From: Perna viridis
Taxonomy: Eukaryota
Reading direction: 5' to 3'
Length of the DNA: 64,000 nt
Assembly: GCA_037379345.1 (NCBI GenBank)
Contig: CM074513.1
Span: 11,470,001 to 11,534,000, forward strand
Shown: positions 1-12,991 of the stretch, piece after piece
How positions within the stretch are numbered: position 1 is the stretch's first letter
Layout of the letters: every line of letters starts with the position of its first letter
The notes under the pieces: generated by a model
The model's database searches: none
The model's input: only the letters and a program-made list of their open reading frames with translations
Told to the model about the DNA's origin: nothing
Translations under genes and position numbers: made by a program

Positions 1-739
1 TCAAATAACATTGGTTTCTTCTTTATTTTATTATCAGACTACTGTTATCATTTGTATCCTCATTATACCCCACAAAATTGTTTTTACTATCACGCCTTTC
101 TGATGAAAATGTCGAATCTTATTGAAAAAAGTTGAATGGGAAATGACAGAAAATGGTTTCGAAATACAAAGTCTATAACCTTTTTGCATTTTTAAAAAGC
201 GGAATATTTCTACGACTTTCAATAAAGACTAGTTTTAAATCCCATTACTACAGGAAAACTTAGGCAATTTATTTTTAGTCAGCGAGAACAGCGTCACTAT
301 TTCCTATAACTATCAAAGTGATATTTCGTCGTCCAAGTTCAAACAGTCTGCGAAGTTGTCGTAGCAATTTGAAACATGCTTAAACGCAGTCTATAAAGCA
401 AATGCAACATTCCTGTCTCATGAATGGGTAGGATCAAGCTCAACAAAATGCACTATTACCTTCAACTGATACACACGAACAGCATCAAGTGTTTTAACTT
501 GGGGTTTTATCAAAAAAGTCGTTTAAGAACTTACAACAAAAGAATCAAACACCGACATCAAGACCTAGAAGTGCTTTTCTAAATCACATAAAATCGTGCA
601 CATTGGTGCCTGAATTTTTCTAACTTGCAATATCTGCCAATGTTGACTGACTCTGTTCCTTTATATCTTGAAAGGTACATATTCATTAATTTCTGAAACT
701 CTTATATGCCAAATAACTCGAAAATTTAATCGATGTCTC

Positions 740-955
740 ATAACAAGTCGGGGAGAGTTTCATGTAAAGTAGAGGACGATTACTCTGTCGGTGCACCCGG
801 TCCATGCTCCCAGATTGTATTGGAGTCCGAGTTGCCTATTTGCTTGCTTTTTCATTCTTTGTGCTTGTTATTTTGGTTAATTCATGCTCAATGTTTTGTG
901 TGTGTTTTTTCCCTGTCTAGTCTTTATCGCTGGATTGCATTATTCTTATTTTGAT
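740..955 (+). mobile_element. Diverged 3' tail fragment of the Naiad-type Penelope-like element (copy A)
   Basis: Contains GGTGCACCCGGTCCATGCTCCCAG...GGAGTCCGAGTTGC followed by a T-rich tract, matching the tail of the copies at 1589-1829 and 16312-16551. Confidence 0.8.
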
Positions 956-1064
956 AGTTTGGAAAGCACCTTGACATAGTATACGGAGAACAACCTATTA
1001 TTAGATCTGGTATATGAAATACATAGACCAACATACATATTTGAGGCTTTATTTCATTGTGACG

Positions 1065-1829
1065 CTCAGTTTCCGCTATATAGATGACGTATTATTCTTA
1101 AACAATCCTAATTTCGGGGATTTGATACATCGCATCTACCCCAAAGAACTTGAGATAAAGGATACTACAGATACTGTGAAGTCAGCCTCATATCTTGACC
1201 TACACTTAGAAATCGATGGTAAAGGAAAACTATTTACCAAAATTTACGACAAACGTGATGACTTTTCATTCAAAATTGTCAACTTTCCTTTCATCTGTGG
1301 CAACATCCCTTCAGCACCTGTGTATGGAGTGTTCATATCACAACTCATACGTTATGCCAGAGCTTGCCGAAACTACGCAGACTTTTTGTATCGCGCTAGA
1401 ACTCTAACAAATAGGCTTCTGGAACAGGGTTATGTTGCTACAAGATTGAAGTCATCACTACAGAAGTTTAATGGTCGTCATCATGAACTCGTGGATCGTT
1501 ATGGTGTATCCATCTGCACCATGAAAACTGATTTATTCAACGGTTCAGTTTTTCTTTCCTCGTTTGTTTACCCCGGACTTGACTTTTTATGAGCAACTTG
1601 GCGGGTGTTTCTAGAAAAGCAGAGGACGCTTACCTTACCGATGCACCTGGTCCATGCTCCCAGTTTTTAGTGGAGTCCGAGTTGCTCATTTGCTTTTGTT
1701 ACTTTGTATGTATGATTTTAGTTGTTTTATGTTCTTTGTTGTGTATGTCTGTTTTCCATGTCGGGTCTTTGTCCCTGGATTACATTTTTTAAAATTACCG
1801 CTATAATCTTGGTTCCCTTGATTACTCTT
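1065..1829 (+). mobile_element. 5'-truncated Naiad-type Penelope-like retroelement (copy B): RT C-terminal half plus complete 3' tail
   Basis: Translates SFRYIDDVLFLNN...SASYLDL...YDKRDDF...YGVFISQLIRYARAC...TDLFNGS (PLE RT YIDD motif and thumb). A 2-nt loss at the normal TAG extends the 1014..1592 ORF. Ends at the shared terminus TTCCCTTGATTACTCTT. Confidence 0.92.
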
Positions 1830-2319
1830 TGTTGAGATCAGTGTTGATTCAATGCATACCTATATTCATTTAACAGTCTATTACACCTCTATATATTATA
1901 TACATAGAACATTCATGTCATCGATAACGAAATAAAAACTCTGTTATACTACAAACACAAAGTTTATTAAGAAAATAATAGTCAGATGTTATTACACTAA
2001 TGCAATAAAAAAAACCGATCTTTCTGATTTTTCTTCTGTGTACTTGACCGGAATAAGTACGACAATTGCTCAGACTTGTTCTCTATTATCAACAGTTGTT
2101 ATCACAAGATTGGTCTAAAGAAACAGAGTTAGAATGTAACCTGACTGAGTACACTGACAGGTCAAACTTTATCGATTTTACCCTGTAGGATGTCTTGAAG
2201 GACATTAGGAAATCCTTGTTTAAAAATATTGCATAAGAGTAAACAGTAGATACATGTTGTATTTGTAATTGCAGTACTTGTATAGAAGTATAGAAAAAAA
2301 CTTTCCATTGTCAGGATAT

Positions 2320-2346
2320 GGGGGAGGGGTGGGGTGGGGAAGGGGG
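2320..2346 (+). other. G-quadruplex-competent tract
   Basis: GGGGGAGGGGTGGGGTGGGGAAGGGGG: five runs of at least 4 G with 1-2 nt loops. Confidence 0.6.
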
Positions 2347-4439
2347 ATTTTGAATGGTGAGAATGTTAGAATTTGTTCAAAACTAATCATTGGTTTAACA
2401 TTATACATAATTTAGAAAAAATGTAATTGGGATTCTACTTGGAATGATTTTTTTTCTGTAGGGAATTATCTGTGGGTATTTGGATGGTGACAATGGGGAA
2501 TGGGACGTATATGGTCTATATGGGAAGTTTATTACATTCAAGAGCTGTATGATGTTTGTAACAAATCTTTAAAACAGAAGTATATGACATCTTCATAGCA
2601 TTTGGTTCGTTTTGTCAGTTTGGGTTTTGATCTTGTAAGAGATTTCATTGAAATTCTTATTTCTATGAATTTTTAAATTCAGTAAGTTAACGCAAGAATA
2701 TTTTATGCAAAAAGTACAAATCACAGGAATGGTTTTTTTTTATCTGACATGGGCAAGAGTCCCGTCATCATTTTCCGTAATATATGACTTAATTCCATTT
2801 CCCAACGTTTGCTCGAATGTAATCATCGATCAAATGGAGAAAGGTTTTCCCATATTTCAGCAATTAATCAGACAAGAAAGATTCTCTTGTATAAATGCAT
2901 AGTTAAATCATTCAGAGTAATTTATTTAGTATCTGTCTAAAACCGTTTCTGAGAGGAGCTGTTACTAAATGTATTTTCATAATAAGGCTTTTGGAGACTT
3001 ATGCACAAAAGATATTTCGACAAAATAACAGACATTTCAAAGGAAGGCCAAATTTATTATAGTGTGGAAGAGTACTCTTTATCTATTATTTCAACATAAG
3101 AGAAGGATTGTTATAAGTAGAGAAAGAGTCAACATGGTAAGCAGTATATCTATTTAAGCTTATTCAGTAATTAGCGTAAATGATGAATTTGTAGTCATTT
3201 CATGATATAGCTGAAATTTTACCTTCCTCTGTCATTTTTTTAAATGTCAGCAACAATGTATAGATACAGCCACACACCAACTTTACATATAAAATTGTAT
3301 CCTTAAAGTTCTATTGAAAAAAATCTCTATCAATTTGGAGGCGTTGTTGAAAGGCTTCGTAATAGTTACTTCCGCTTTTGTTACCTTGTATTAAAACTGT
3401 TCATCTCAAGATTCCAAGAGTCTACCGGTACTCGTAACTGAATAAACGCAATATGTTACCCGGCTGTATCTTTTCATATAAAACATTGGTACTCGAGGCT
3501 ACATATAAGTCAATCGGACATTTTAGCACTTTTCTATTCCGCAAAGGGGAAAAAAATTCCCTTGATATTATATAATATTTTTTTGTATGAATACTTTGAT
3601 TTTAAGCACCCGCTGCATATAAAATGTTAATTGTATATGAAAGTTGTCAACCATAACTAGAAAAGAAACATACATATAATAATGGTATAAAAAGTATATT
3701 GGAATTGACATGCAGTTAAGGATTGACGTATGTAACCACTCACATGTTTCAATATGCTGTTTGTCTTCCTTTCAAATCAATGTGCGTACAATATTAATAA
3801 TATGTAATAATATTGATATTTAAAAAATCATTAAAATTATAATGTATATGAAAATATTACGAGATGAAAGTCATGATTCATTGAACAAGATATCAAAGAA
3901 ACGTTCCTATGAAGGTTGGATAAAAAAAATATGAATATTTTATCCACCAAAACCGATCAATGTATTCATTAAAAGTTATGAGTAATGTATCATTGAGATG
4001 TATGGTACAACAATATATCTTATATTGTGACGATGAGACTGATCATCTAAGTTGATTATTAATATTATTTATATAAAAACTTGATTTTCTGGAATATAAG
4101 CAGTTTTATATAAGAATTATACAGATCATATAGTACTGTCTAAAACAATCTGTTTAACTTAATTCAAATGGTTATAATTTATTTACCTATTTACGGTCAA
4201 CTATGGACTTTATTGATTAATATTGATTTTAATGTATAGGCACAACATTGCCAATCTTTATTACTAGAACATCTATGCATGACATAATATATCAATATAA
4301 CTGATTATATGTGGCAGGTGTAACTTATACCAGGACGAAGTTGAAATTATTGATATTTTTTATGCCCTTGACAATTTTACATTAACTATTTTTGTATCTT
4401 TAGGGGGGACATTATTTACCAATATTTTAAAATGTAAGC

Positions 4440-5885
4440 ATTTTGTTTTTCTTAAAAATACAGTGTACGAAACTAGTAAATACCTTACTCGGAATTACAA
4501 GTTAACTTCTTGTCACACTGGAAAGAAAAAAATCTGGTATTTGTTATAAGTCTTAACTAGACACCTTTACATTAAATTAAATAACCTTGTTTATTTTAAT
4601 GAACTAATTAGGTAAGAATCTGGCATTTTCCTGGATATCAGTTAAGGATGTCAATTATGTACTCTTTATATATGGATTTACTTGTCATTAACACATATTA
4701 CATTATCTGCAGAGGCTTTCTGTTTAGTTTAACCTTAGATAGCTCGTGCTTGGTTCCTTGGTGTATACTTTGTAAACACACCAATTTCGACTTTAGAGAA
4801 TGTATCATACAATAAACTGTGGTAACTATAATAATAACCAGACTAACCATGTAAGATTTCTAGTCTGTAGACAGTAACATGTTCTTCCTTTTTCAACAAT
4901 CCCAACAATTCAGTAAAATTCACTTTATAGCAAAAGATGATATATCAAAAGTACAGTAATACAAATTCCCGAATTTCCTCCCTCCAATAAACAAATGAAT
5001 ATACGATAATTTAATCTACAAACGTTAAATGTCTGCTTGATTTGAACACTTGATGAGGAAATCTAATAAGCATAGTAATGATGTCAACTTGACCAACTAC
5101 ACTTCTGATTGTAGTGAAATTGAGAAAAAACTTATTCACATATCAAACTCTTTTATGATTAAGTATTTATTAACTATTTTAATTTACATCTTTCAACGGT
5201 AACGCCAAAAAATAAATAGATCGAAAGATCATTACTTATTATCGCCAGTAAATATCCCCAGTTAATAGCACCAGCTAATATCATCAGTTAATATCACCAG
5301 TTAATATCGCCAGATAATATAATATCACCAGTTAATATCACCAGATAATATAATATCATCAGTTAATATCACCAGTTAATATCACCAGATAATATCAAAT
5401 GTTAATATCATCAGATGATATTACACAATTAATGACTTTGAATGAGCTTAATTTCATGACTCATCAACCAGAGAGATCTAATAAATACCGACACCAAGGT
5501 GATTAAAGGGGTTTTGATAAATCATGGTTTTAAATGAAATCCACAGTGTTACCCTGTATTGCACATGGTAGATACTCCCGGTGGCTACCTATTTAGGAAG
5601 TTTTCGTCTGATGAGTTAACAGTTTACAAGTTATCTACTACATTTAAAACCTGATACGCTGTTGAAAAATGAAAGACTACGGCCTAATGTCAATAGTGTT
5701 TGACACGTGTCGCATAATAGCATTATTTTGTAAAATAATTACCGGATAATACGCACATGCAATATGGCGGATACCGCTGGCAGAACAGGACATGCTTATT
5801 TTTCCGAAGCATCACTCCCAGTTTTTATTATTATTATTATTATTTCGTAGGAGTTCATATTGCTGCCGCTTTAGTTTTTTTGTGT
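4440..5885 (+). mobile_element. Very old Penelope-like (Naiad-type) remnant ending in a variant of the structured 3' tail
   Basis: Scattered translated fragments resemble copy D in the right order (LVLG..YFVN near 4743, FQQ near 4891, FNG..K..D near 5192). 5757-5865 is a clear homologue of the structured tail. The upstream boundary is uncertain. Confidence 0.4.
5241..5421 (+). repeat. Minisatellite, ~13-bp unit (AATATCACCAGTT variants)
   Basis: About 12-13 imperfect tandem units such as aatatcaccagtt, aatatcatcagtt and aatatcgccagat. Confidence 0.9.
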
Positions 5886-6336
5886 GACGTCTTGTTTCCC
5901 TTATCTACGGTTTTGAGGTGTAATTATTTTTTATTTATGTCGCTACATTGTGTTTGTCTCTCTTTGTTCCATGCGTTCACGTTTTGGCATGTTTTTTTCT
6001 TTTTATGGATTTTGTCGTATCTAAATCCTCCTACTACTGACGCTTTAATATTACATGTATTTTTTGTCGATATATGAGATGACGTTCTTTTATTTTTAGT
6101 TTTACCCAACAAGCGAAAATAATTTCTTCGTGATTTTGATGAAAAATTTTTTCTTTAAAAATTAAATTGATGACTAAAATGTTTTTCCATCAAAAGGTTG
6201 AGGTATATTATGTTAAATTCCAAACTTCTCATGGCTCGAAGTACTATGAGTCTGATGTTGTATAAATGTGTAACATTTTTATTGTCATTCTTTTTCGTGA
6301 GTTTCGAGAACAGATGTTCCAACAAACCAGAAGAAA

Positions 6337-6800
6337 ACATATGGGAACAAGCTGTGCGAAAATTTCCAGTTTCCGTTATATAGGCGACGAACTATGTTTA
6401 AATATACTAAACCTCAAGGAATACTTAATTTTGATTTACTTAAATAAACTTGAATAAAAAAAACCAACAGATACACTTTCGTCTGCTTCACACTTATACC
6501 TTACCCTCTATAACAATTATAAGGGACGTTTGACATATAAACTATATAACAAAGTTATGATTGTGGTTTTCACAATATTCCAATCGTAAACTCCCAAAAT
6601 CTTACTGAAATTATACCAACTTCTCGAGTGAATGCCATATTGTGTGATATTATTTTACATAGAATCAACATCAACCACCTGTTTGGCGACATTTTTTTTG
6701 ACAGTAGACACGGAAGACATAAAGTATTTCTCATTGTCATATCCTGCGTTGATTGAGACATTTTATGTTTGCATCAGTCAAAAAACGACTGTGGCAGGTC
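6337..6800 (+). mobile_element. Degenerate Penelope-like RT remnant (older family)
   Basis: Reads MGTSCA (cf. IGTNCAP), joined by a deletion to SFRYIGDELCLN...IY..KLE*KKPTDTLSSASHL...GRLTYKLYNK, collinear with copy B. Confidence 0.7.
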
Positions 6801-7995
6801 ATGTCAGTCTCTTTTTGTTGTAGCGATGGTTTGAATACAAAATTTTCAAAGCAGTTTTCTCTGCAACTTCTTATTACTGCAATTTGATATTATGACAGAA
6901 ACTTCATATAGGTATGCAATAATTTCAAACGTTAAACTTTTCTTTAACGTCTTTGCTTAAGTATTTCATTGTCATAATCAACATTTATATCTCTGTAACA
7001 TATTAAACTTCATGTACATACTTATACTTGATCGATAGATTTCCTTTCAATTTTGATGTGTTCTTTTTTTATATTTCTATTGTAACAAATTTAGATAATC
7101 ATTTAGAGAATAATTTGCATGCATTTTATGTTTAGTTTTGATCATTTAAGCATAAGTTTGAAGTTTTTGTATTGGTGGTTGCCTCTTTAACGGTTGCAAC
7201 ATATGCCAAAATGTTTTTTGAGTTTGCAAACAAAAATTAAGTATAAAATAAAGAATAACATTACTTAAAATATTAAAAAAAAACATATCTGACTCTGAAT
7301 CAAAAACTTTATATTGTTTCAGAGTACAAAAAACATAACGTTTTAAATGATTCATTTTATTGAGTCATCAAAGAAAAATAACGGACCGTTAGGGTCTTAA
7401 GTTGTACATAAAATTGAATTTCTTTGTTTTCACCGAAGCAACATTAATGCTTTGAGCTTTGCTGGTGACAAATAACAAAATAATAGCATTCAATTCCGAA
7501 TTCGAACACCCTGGGACTAAGATAAGCACGTTATGTAGAACCAATTCATTGAGCATAATCATATCCAAAGTATAAATTTGTTCTATTGACGTTGATGTTA
7601 TTTTTTACTAGTTACAAGTTTTCCTTAAGTTTCAAATAAAAGTTTATTTACACGGCCATCAATGTTGTCAATGGAGACGTTATAATGGTAACATATATAT
7701 CTTACGAGTGAATAGCTATCATCAGTGTCTGCAAAATAAAGTACTATATGATTCCATTCCGTTGCGTTGGCCAAGGCTATGGTAATATACAGCATTGATT
7801 TAATGCAATGTATTTTTTTTCTAAATCATCCTTTAGCAATTAATCAAGACAAGAATGAATCTCGTTGAATAAATGCATAGTTCAGTCAGTAAATGTAATT
7901 TGTTCTTCAGTAATTTATAGGGACTGTAGAATACCACAACTTACTGTTTTGGATGTTGTGGATGTTGCATTTTACAACAGCAATAGTCACAGCAA

Positions 7996-8374
7996 TGGAA
8001 ACATCCCTTCAGCACCTGCGTATGGAGTGTTCATATCACAACTCATATGAAGTTTTATAGTCGTCATCCTTATGGTGTATCCATCTGCACCATGAAAACT
8101 GATTTATTCAACGGGTCATAGTTTTCCTTTGCTCGTTTGTCTACTCCGGACTTGACTTTTTATGAGCAACTCGTCGGGTGTTTCTAGAAAAGGAGAGGAC
8201 GCTTACCCCACCAGTGCACCAGGTCCATGCTTCCAGGTTTTAGTGGAGTCCGAGTTGCTCATTTACTTTTGTTACTTTGTATGTATGATTTTAGTTACTT
8301 TATGTTCTTTGTTGTGTATGTGTGGTTACCATGTCTGATCTTTGTCCCCGGATTACATTCATTTGATTATCGCT
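7996..8374 (+). mobile_element. Naiad-type copy C, with internal deletions, truncated at its 3' side by another repeat
   Basis: GNIPSAPAYGVFISQLI, then deletions, then TDLFNGS* and the tail up to GATTATCGCT. Confidence 0.9.
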
Positions 8375-8650
8375 TTCATATAACCCTTGTTCATAAGAGA
8401 TAAAAAAAATAAGTAGAATGCATTGTATAAATTAAAATTCAGGGAGATAACTCTGTAATTGACACTAAGATACAATAGAAACTAATGGATTTTTTATGAA
8501 ATTAACTCCTAAGGGCAGACAAAGTGGAAAGATAATTTCATCATGAAGACCTATAAAGCAAATTATTAACAAAAATAATAATATGTAGCCTTTTGGGGTG
8601 TATCACATTTTACAGGATTTGCATTATTCTTACAAAGACAGCTACTTAAT
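8375..8650 (+). repeat. Unclassified interspersed repeat R2 (probably non-autonomous DNA-transposon or Helitron-type)
   Basis: Collinear with the reverse complement of 61186-61478 (TTCATATAACCC, AGGGAGATAACTCTGTAAT, GTAGCCTTTT..GGGGTGTATCACATTTT, AGCTACTTAAT) and partly with 21340-21437. Confidence 0.8.
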
Positions 8651-10865
8651 GCATGTACCTTATCTTATTGTTTAAATTACATATAAAAAAGTTGTTTTGA
8701 ATGTTTTCATTCCCTTTCTATTTATATTATTTTTCTACACCAGATGCAATTTGTTTATTTCAACTAAACTAAAATTAATAACTCATTACACAATTTATTG
8801 CATGTACAAAAAATGATATTTCTACCTTTCAGATTGCTAATTTTGAACACGCCGCATTAAATTTACATTGGAAAAATTTCGACAAAGCCGTTGTATATCA
8901 TGCGCTAATTGTTACAACACTGATTGGCCCATCAAATCAATTACGTTGTTAAGGGTGTATGTTAGTTGTTACAAGGCAGAAAAAATGGTATAATGGCACA
9001 GACTTCAAAGGTTACAAATCTAACGTTATATGTTATCTTGATTGTTAACTTTTACCTTGTTTAGTTTTACTTTAAGGAAGGAGGGGGGATCTCAATAGGT
9101 GTACAAAATCAGCGGGTTTTTTTTGTTTTTTTTTCATTCTAGAACTGAATTATCAATGGTAACAATAACAATATTCCCATTACAACGGTAATCTGATAAG
9201 CAAATACACCAAGGTTCATCCACGCTTGTATAATATATATGACAAAAAAAGAAAAAAATGGTACTAAAATAACAATAAGTTATGGTTGGCACACGCTGTA
9301 CCATTTGTTTTAAAAATTGGAATTTGAAATTTAATAGTCTTATTGTATACATCACATGTCCTATATCCTGGGGAGAAACTTTAACGACGGCTTGAGTTTT
9401 TCACATCCTATTCTGCTGACTAAAACTTAATTTGAGAACGAAATATATATACAGTGTAGCGTCTGTATCAATTTTATGAATTTTATATATATATATATTT
9501 AAAAAATGTATATGCTTATAGCGAGCACATCTGAGAAGAGAGCTCTGCGTCATCATGCACGTGCAAGTGATATGTCGCGGAGGGAATGTAAAATAATGAT
9601 AAGTGTCCTCAATAATTATTCAAAAAATCTTTAAAAAAAAAACGTTTCTTGATCGTCTAAAAATCTAACTTACTTTTTCTTTCTTCTCAATTCCATAGAC
9701 AAACGATATTAAAACGCCAGAATTTTAGGTGAATTGGCAAAACTATATGCAGTTCAAAATACACGTATACACATGTATATTCTAATAATAATTAATATAT
9801 GTCATTCGGTTTGCTCCATTTTGTATGTAGATTGACTCTGTTTCATGTGTTTACGCTTAGGCAATGATTTATTGTGACGTATTTGATTGACCCAGCTGCT
9901 GACGCTTTGGTATTTTTGCAGATATTTTAAAGGATACTTTTTTGTAAAATATGAATAAAGAAAGTTCTATGTTCACTACTGCTCATGCATGTACCTACAA
10001 CTATTTGGCATCTACAGGGAATCTACAGGGAATCAAAAAGATATGTTGTGCTTGCAACCAATCCATATTATCGGTATTTTGTCTTTTCTAGTATAGAATA
10101 TTGTACAGTTGACATGCATGTTTTAATATGCCAAGCCCGGTCCTCATCAAAGTCAGCACAGAAGTTCAAGAACTAGTCTTATTTGTTATCTGAAAAAGTA
10201 TATTTTTAGAAAATGAACAGAAATGATTCTACATTAAATGTGGGAAAATTATATTATTTTTTTATTATTATCATTTAGATGTTAAGGAGGATCTACATTA
10301 TTCATATAATAATATAAACATGACCATGTCGTAATTTTTTATTCCAAAATTATATCAATTTTTATCTTATAAATATTGTACAAAGCCATTATTCGATAAT
10401 TTTGTTTTACATCACAACATCTTTAAAAACAATAGGATTACTTTTAAGAGGGGATGTATCTGTTATGATACATGTGCACGTTAACCATCTTTATCTCAAT
10501 ATTAGTATCAATAAATGGGGTTCAAGGATATTATTTTGTCATTTCGGCACAAAATTCACACCAAATTTATATTTTTTACATCACAAGTAATGTGATTTCC
10601 TACCCAAGGAATATACCAGGACTCGAAACTGATAATCCACCATTATTAGTATTACGGATTTTTTTCTTGTATTAATATCAAGGGAAATGTCAGGTTTGAG
10701 AAAATAGTTCTTTCTTTAATGACTCGGCTCCATCACTAATTAGATAACGTTGGTAACATTGTGTATTATGAAGGTACATTAATTCTTCGTTTTTGTTTAC
10801 TATGTTTTTTCTTTTCATTTTCATTGTCTTTTTTGTTGATATTTGTTTTTATTTTTATTGTCTTT

Positions 10866-10955
10866 TGTTGTTGTTATTGTTATTGTTGTTGTTGTTTGTT
10901 TGTTTGTTTGTTTGTTTGTTTGTTTGTTTTGTTTATTTGTTTATTTCTTGTTGTT
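10866..10955. repeat. (TTG)n/(TTTG)n microsatellite
   Basis: Seen directly in the sequence. Confidence 0.9.
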
Positions 10956-11910
10956 GTTTTTTTTTTCTTCTCATTGAATATTAATATTTTATTATTGTAC
11001 AGAAACAATTCACAACAGTAGCATCTTGAGATCAATCATCTGACCTAGGTAGGATATGGATAACTTTATCATATTTCTAAAAAGAGAGAAACCTTAATAT
11101 GCCGTAAAAGCAGGTTAACTACCCCGATTTTGTCCCGTATTCTCATTTGACTTAATTTGTCTCTGTCTTCTATTCAGTTTCTGATTATGTTAGTGATTAG
11201 TAAGATTGACTACACCTTAATACGTACCGGTGCATATTAGGTCAAAAGTGACAAATAGGTAAACAAAGTTTTTTTATTTAATAATTCGAAAATACAGCTA
11301 TGACGCAATGTTCAGGTAGGTTAGCTTCGATTCAAGACAATGACCTTTATTGCTCATATAATCGCGATTCTATTAATAAAAAAAACACACAAATGGGGGC
11401 TTTCAAAGTATTTGTAGTCCAATTTTTATACATCTCTTCATTTTATGTAATCTTGACAGAGAACAGGAAATGTATTACAGGAAAAAATATCATAAAATGA
11501 CATGATGCATTACCCAGTAAAGTACTCAAACTGCCTCAAAATGTGACGCACTATCATTTTGATGTCTTTTATATGTCGAAGATAAGTAAGATTTGACTTG
11601 GGACATGCTACTATGATGTCACTCTGTATTGTTCGGAAGTTCCAAGTCTGTTGGATATCCGCCCTGAAATAATAAAGTGTTTGTCGCTAATGGAATGTTC
11701 AACTTAAACATTGCAAAATGTCGATAAAAAGAAAGTATAAGAGCGCCTTATAAGACTCTATTCGGCGTCAACAGTCATATAACAATTGATTATGTTTAAA
11801 CATGTCGAAAAATGTCAGTGAGAATTGAAAACAATATATCAATCTTGTTTAAGAAATGTCATTATAGATAAACAAATTTATGGAGTTACTTTATCAAAGC
11901 ATCTGCTTAT

Positions 11911-12060
11911 GGCCTCGAAGGTCTCAGCGTAAGGTGTTCACCTCAAGTGAAGGAGGTCATTGATTTGATTCCCGACCAAGTCACACGAAAGACTTTAAAA
12001 ATATTCTTTAAGGGGATACAATGACGACAGGTTGGCTCTGAGAATAATGTGTCCGAGTAA
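11911..12060 (+). mobile_element. Degenerate tRNA-derived SINE
   Basis: Starts GGCCTCG, has a decayed B-box GATTTGATTCCC (~11962), then AAAGACTTTAAAA and GGTTGGCTC..ATAATGTGTCCGAGT, which I recall as typical of mollusc SINE bodies. Confidence 0.5.
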
Positions 12061-12084
12061 TACTTCAAAGTGTAAGGTTTGTGG

Positions 12085-12427
12085 AAGAGTAATCAAGGGA
12101 GAAAAATCAGTTTTTATGGTGCACTGTAACGATCCATGAGTTCATGATGACGGCCATAAAACTTCTGTAGTGATGACTTCAATCTTGCAGCAACATAACC
12201 CGGTTTCAGAAGCCTAATTGTAAGAAGTCTAGCGCGATACAAAAAGTATGCGTAGTTACGACAAGCTCTGGCAAAAAGTATGAGTTGTGATATGAAACTC
12301 CATACGCATGTGCTGAAGAGATGTTGCCACAGATGAATGGAAAGTTGGCAATTCTGAATGAAGTCTTATCATGTTTGTCCTAAAATTTGGTCAATAGCTT
12401 TCTTTTACCATCGATCTTAAGTGTAGG
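12085..12427 (-). mobile_element. Naiad-type copy with RT thumb region fused directly to the terminal 16 nt
   Basis: The reverse complement matches RT codons LHL..DGK..to..KTD, then immediately TCCCTTGATTACTCTT. Confidence 0.88.
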
Positions 12428-12991
12428 AAACTATGTTATGATTTGAGGCATGTTAAAACGTTTGTAACATTTGTGATATTTGAGTTCCAATACAGATAAT
12501 ATATAACTGCGTTTCATGTATGGGCTGTTCATAAAGATGCAGAATTGAAAGTAGTACCTGCAGTTATGAAAGATAGTGTGATCGCTTTTGAAGTTTCAAA
12601 CCATATCAACATGCATTTTCCTTGAATATAGACTACTACCATGGATGTTCTTTATAAACATTTTATTTTGACCACAAAACCTATACTCCCGTATCATCCA
12701 AAATTTGATACAAATCCAATAATATATGCAAAAACATGACATTTTAGGTTTGTTCATTTAAACAATAATGTTTGTACATACAAAATCATGGATTTGGTGG
12801 GTATTTCAGTAGACAAAATAACAGCACATTTAATCAGTGGTCTTACACTTTCATACCTTTACAAGCCTGACATGAAGACGAAACAGTAAAGCCACCACTT
12901 ATCTACTGGAAGTGCACTCTTATAACTCTACATGCATGCAAGCGGAACTAGCAAACAAACAAAGATAATTCTTGTATGCATAAAATGTAGT

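Noticed and set aside
1014-1592. 192-aa ORF as an intact or domesticated RT gene
   Set aside because: The first 17 codons come from flanking DNA. RT motifs upstream of YIDD are absent, and the C-terminus is extended by a deletion at the normal stop. It is a truncated insertion.
5601-5695. Hammerhead ribozyme (CTGATGA followed by TTAACAG/CTGTTGA and a later GAAA)
   Set aside because: The CGAAA core is not adjacent to stem II, and stems I and III with an NUH site cannot be built. At best it is a decayed or chance match.
10761-11021. Hydrophobic 86-aa and 63-aa ORFs as membrane peptides
   Set aside because: They are translations of (TTG)n/(TTTG)n microsatellite and T-rich sequence.
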